Shown here: positions 55,461 through 57,263 of the stretch, one piece after another | Layout of the letters: each line of letters starts with the position of its first letter | Position numbering within the stretch: the first letter of the stretch is position 1 | IMG/VR virus record: IMGVR_UViG_3300034156_000030 | Span: 1 to 57,263 of that record | Origin: a virus | Taxonomy: Duplodnaviria; Caudoviricetes | Strand: one strand, 5' to 3' | Length of the DNA stretch: 57,263 nt | Position numbers and translations under genes: made by a program | The notes under the pieces: generated by a model | Databases searched by the model: none | Seen by the model: only the letters and a program-made list of their open reading frames with translations | What the model was told of the DNA's origin: nothing

Positions 55461-56003
55461 TTAAGCTTTGGTTATTAGCTTCTTTACTGCTTGTCCCATA
55501 GGAGTTGTACTAAGGGCATATATTGAAGTTAATGTTGTACCAATTCCTAATATGGTTTTTGCAACATCTGCACCTCTTGTTACATCAGCGGTTTTTAAAT
55601 CGCGTAATTGTTTTTCGAGTTGTAAACGTTTTGTAAGGTCTCCTAATTCTTTAGTTGATAAATTTTTTGATCCCTTGGCTTGTAACATCCTTGCTTCTGT
55701 ATAGTCTGCTGAGGGACTAGTTTTTGTAGCAGATTTATGTGAGTGCCACTTCATACCAGAAATTCCAAAGTGAGCAAGAACATCTTCAGCTGTATGATAT
55801 AGTTTATTAATTGGTTGTTCAGTACTAACATTAACAGCTGAGTCATAATATCCTCCTCCATTCATCATGTCAGAACTAGACATAGATCTTCTTTTGATAT
55901 CAGCGATTAAACTTTGAAGTTGACTTTCTTTTGATAATCTACTAATCAAATCATTTAGTTCCTGATCAGTTGCATCTTTAATTGTTACTGTTTTATCAGC
56001 CAT
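55461..56003 (-). CDS. Putative virion protein with LAHFG..GMKW motif
   Basis: VLAHFGISGMKW; EL..L..RL..E.QL motif present twice. Confidence 0.65.
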   Translation of the reverse strand: MADKTVTIKDATDQELNDLISRLSKESQLQSLIADIKRRSMSSSDMMNGGGYYDSAVNVSTEQPINKLYHTAEDVLAHFGISGMKWHSHKSATKTSPSADYTEARMLQAKGSKNLSTKELGDLTKRLQLEKQLRDLKTADVTRGADVAKTILGIGTTLTSIYALSTTPMGQAVKKLITKA

Positions 56004-56348
56004 TTAACTTCCTCCTTCTACTTGAACAAGTAATCTAAATTCTAATTCCCTAATCTGAGATTCTATTGATGTTACTAAATACCCCATTTGTGGTGGGTCA
56101 AATGTTAAACGAGTTTTAAGATAGACAAACATTTTTACTCCTTCCAAATCATGTCGTGTACTTATAAAATCCGACCAAGTTGCAGTGGCATCTTGAATAA
56201 TAAAACCAGTTGATGGTCCAACACCAAGTTGATTCAAATGCATTAATGCTCCGTTAATATACATTATAATATCTGAATCAAAGTGAGTGTATGATTCTTC
56301 TATTCCTAAAAGTTTTTTAATAGATGTTAATATACTTGGTATTACCAT
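56004..56348 (-). CDS. Head-tail adaptor
   Basis: SILTSIKKLLG...FD.DII..IN...L.QLGVG, L.FDPP. Confidence 0.7.
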   Translation of the reverse strand: MVIPSILTSIKKLLGIEESYTHFDSDIIMYINGALMHLNQLGVGPSTGFIIQDATATWSDFISTRHDLEGVKMFVYLKTRLTFDPPQMGYLVTSIESQIRELEFRLLVQVEGGS

Positions 56349-56776
56349 AATCTAGTATCTCCTCTCTTTCGTTCTTTTGGAAGTTGTATTAACAAAGACT
56401 CATCTCCATAATGAATTGCATTACTTGTCTGGTGAGATGTACATATTAAATTATTGAGATCAAATACACAATCTTTTCCCAATTCGATATCTTCTACTGT
56501 GATTGGATTTATATGGTGTACAATAATTTTACCAAAAATTTCTCTACCTTTGATTCCAAGATCACAACCGTTATCTCTAACTATAGCATCTCGTCTTAGA
56601 TATTTCCATTCAATAGAATGATAGAAACTTTGATTAATATGTCGCTCGTATCCAAATGTTTCTCTGCCAACTATTCCACCAATCTTTAAATAATTATAAC
56701 GTTCTTCAAAAGTGTTTAGACGAATGAGTTCTCTATAAGATTTAATCATCGTTATCATCTTCTTCATCGTCGTCAC
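56342..56776 (-). CDS. HNH endonuclease (packaging-associated)
   Basis: FY.S.EW...R..RDNGC...VHHINP...NLIC...NAIH. Confidence 0.85.
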   Translation of the reverse strand: MTTMKKMITMIKSYRELIRLNTFEERYNYLKIGGIVGRETFGYERHINQSFYHSIEWKYLRRDAIVRDNGCDLGIKGREIFGKIIVHHINPITVEDIELGKDCVFDLNNLICTSHQTSNAIHYGDESLLIQLPKERKRGDTRLW

Positions 56777-57098
56777 TCCTTTTATTGCCTGAATAAGTTT
56801 TCATAGCATTTAACGCATCTTTATATAATTTTTCTACATTTTTTGCCGATTGTATGGCTTCGGTTTTAGCTTTTAATAATTCGTTTTGTTGTACCATCAT
56901 CTCTTGTTCTAATCTTTCTTTACTAGAACCTAGTTTTAGAAAGTGAGCTATTACTTGTGAGCTTGCTGTTCCCTTTTCTAATTGTTTTTCAGCAAGATCA
57001 ACTGCTAATGCTATTAATTGTTTCTCTCTTGCATCCGGTGTTGTAGCTGGAGGTCTCTTTCTTTTTAAGTTTTCATCTGGTTTCTTTGGTGAGCTCAT
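56742..57098 (-). CDS. Putative terminase small subunit
   Basis: First gene of the packaging module; helical, RE.QLI.LA.DLAE.QL..GTASSQVI.HFLKLG. Confidence 0.55.
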   Translation of the reverse strand: MSSPKKPDENLKRKRPPATTPDAREKQLIALAVDLAEKQLEKGTASSQVIAHFLKLGSSKERLEQEMMVQQNELLKAKTEAIQSAKNVEKLYKDALNAMKTYSGNKRSDDDEEDDNDD

Positions 57099-57104
57099 AA
57101 GTTA

Positions 57105-57238
57105 GGACCTCCTTTCAATGAGTTTTACTATACTTTTAGGAGTTGAAAAGATACTATGTTAATGACCTTGAAAGGAGTCCCGGTCACCACTCCGGAATAA
57201 TACCAATCACCAACGTAGTATCTTCTCAACTCCTAAAA
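57105..57238 (-). promoter_or_regulatory. Structured leader: 27-bp hairpin whose loop is complementary to the downstream RBS
   Basis: Inverted repeat 57134-57160 / 57212-57238 (25/27); loop segment 57168-57180 is complementary to 57105-57118. Confidence 0.6.
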
Positions 57239-57263
57239 ATGTCCCTCCGGAGCTTTTTTGAAG

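Larger units (their letters stand above)
1..57263 (-). mobile_element. Probably complete tailed phage (siphovirus) genome, likely virulent
   Basis: Full terminase-portal-capsid-tail-lysis-replication gene set, all on the minus strand; no host genes, integrase or repressor recognised. Confidence 0.93.

Noticed and set aside
1316-55704. All plus-strand ORFs in the track (e.g. 37816..38604, 39961..40596, 51971..52420, 26059..26502)
   Set aside because: They are antisense shadows of minus-strand genes, collagen repeats or runs of small minus-strand ORFs, with no recognisable motifs.

Overview
The window reads as an essentially complete, AT-rich siphovirus genome of about 57 kb, with every credible gene on the minus strand. 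No integrase or repressor was recognised, so it is probably virulent. Strong Shine-Dalgarno sites, class III RNR (NrdDG), ThyX and an FTR-like Fe-S protein point to an anaerobic Firmicutes (Clostridia-like) host (inference). Read in transcription order from the right end, the modules are: packaging and head (putative TerS, HNH, adaptor, TerL, two fibre genes, portal, protease-scaffold-capsid fusion); tail, with an amidase endolysin inserted among the tail genes and holins at the end; an accessory region of about 21 kb with small ORFs, nucleotide-metabolism enzymes and a GGDEF protein; an origin-like repeat region; a helicase-primase-PolB fusion, SSB, SF2 helicase, VRR-Nuc and exonuclease; and a YonO/RdRP-like single-chain RNA polymerase (GADFDGD). 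The most striking unannotated structure is a phage-specific transcription system. Eleven identically spaced promoter-like motifs (TCGC-N7-AC-N6-THTART) drive tandem promoter-ORF-terminator cassettes. Four of them instead drive short, ORF-free structured RNAs: three share a three-way-junction module with a GUNNNA loop, and one is a tRNA mimic with a GNRA loop in place of the anticodon. Other highlights are a phage diguanylate cyclase, a 111-bp palindromic direct repeat, an RBS-sequestering leader in front of the packaging operon, and a His-containing motif suggesting the RNAP is packaged in the virion. All family calls come from motif recognition by eye; no database search was run.
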